Assembly: GCA_964247055.1 (NCBI GenBank)
Contig: OZ176056.1
Span: forward strand, 5,704,001-5,768,000
Origin: Paragordius varius
Lineage: Eukaryota; Animalia; Nematomorpha
Direction: 5' to 3'
DNA length: 64,000 nucleotides
The translations under genes and the position numbers were made by a program. Below are positions 63,389 through 64,000 of the stretch, one piece after another. Numbering within the stretch: the stretch's first letter is position 1; each line of letters begins with the position of its first letter. The notes beneath the pieces are model-generated. The model had not been told where the DNA came from and made no database searches. It saw only the letters and a program-made list of their open reading frames with translations.

Positions 63389-64000
63389 ATAAAAACGGAA
63401 AGTGGTGGCTTTGTGATCTGTTTCCGGAAAACCGGACTCATTCGAATCCAAATGTCGAAAAAGTATATTCATTAATGAATGCCCCGACAATAGCTTAGCC
63501 CTTTTCTTTAATCAGGCCTTTTGTTTGGGCTCATCCCGTGTAAAAACAGGTTTTTATAAAAATCGTGTATTTGAAACACCCGAAAACGTGTTGGAGCATT
63601 CGATTTCAAATATGATTTTTTTACTTATTTTCGAATGCGCCGAACATAGTCGGCTCGCTTTTCTAATTTAGGCACTCATTTTACCCCCCCCCCCCCCCCC
63701 CCCCCCGTAATATGCCACTAATAATTTTTTAAATCTATTTTTCGCCCAAAGTATGAGACCGTAAAAATTAAATAAGAACAGGTATTTCCTGTTAAAAGGC
63801 ATAAATTTTAGAATTTTGTTGAAGATAACTGTTGTGTAAGAAGATACCCGCTAAAAACTGACCCGTCATATGGCAATAGAGTACCTTTGGGCCTAATCTA
63901 TCAGGCCATAAGCTCAATAGCTGCTTAGAATATTACCCGTACCAGGGCAAAATTTTAGGTCGTGTGGTTTTAAAATAGATCTCAATTAGGCCCTTCACGC
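63389..64000. repeat. Repeat family B, running off the window end
   Basis: Colinear with 5784-6410. Confidence 0.8.

Overview
A very AT-rich, intron-containing animal (invertebrate) genomic window; the species cannot be determined from sequence alone. Three conserved + strand genes can be reconstructed exon by exon: cyclin H (CCNH, 2538-5075, 8 exons), mitochondrial ribosomal protein L47 (MRPL47, 9138-9852, 3 exons) and the spliceosomal DEAD-box helicase DDX41/abstrakt (20335-31505, 15 exons, 623 codons). A tRNA-Gly(TCC) lies antisense in a DDX41 intron. The right half carries exons of an unrecognised, probably secreted, tandem gene family on the - strand. The rest is dense with mobile DNA: RTE-clade LINEs, hAT elements, TA- and TTAA-flanked MITEs and long foldback palindromes. 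Most notable observations: (1) the first two introns of all three genes are micro-introns (23-34 nt) while all 17 later introns are 78-4169 nt; (2) an otherwise intact DDX41 has one in-frame TAA at a conserved Gln; (3) there are HDV-like self-cleaving ribozyme folds, a textbook one at 60-130 (-) and a variant at the 5' end of an RTE element; (4) 5' splice sites almost never have +5G; (5) two RTE insertions show 5'-inverted (twin-priming-like) architecture.
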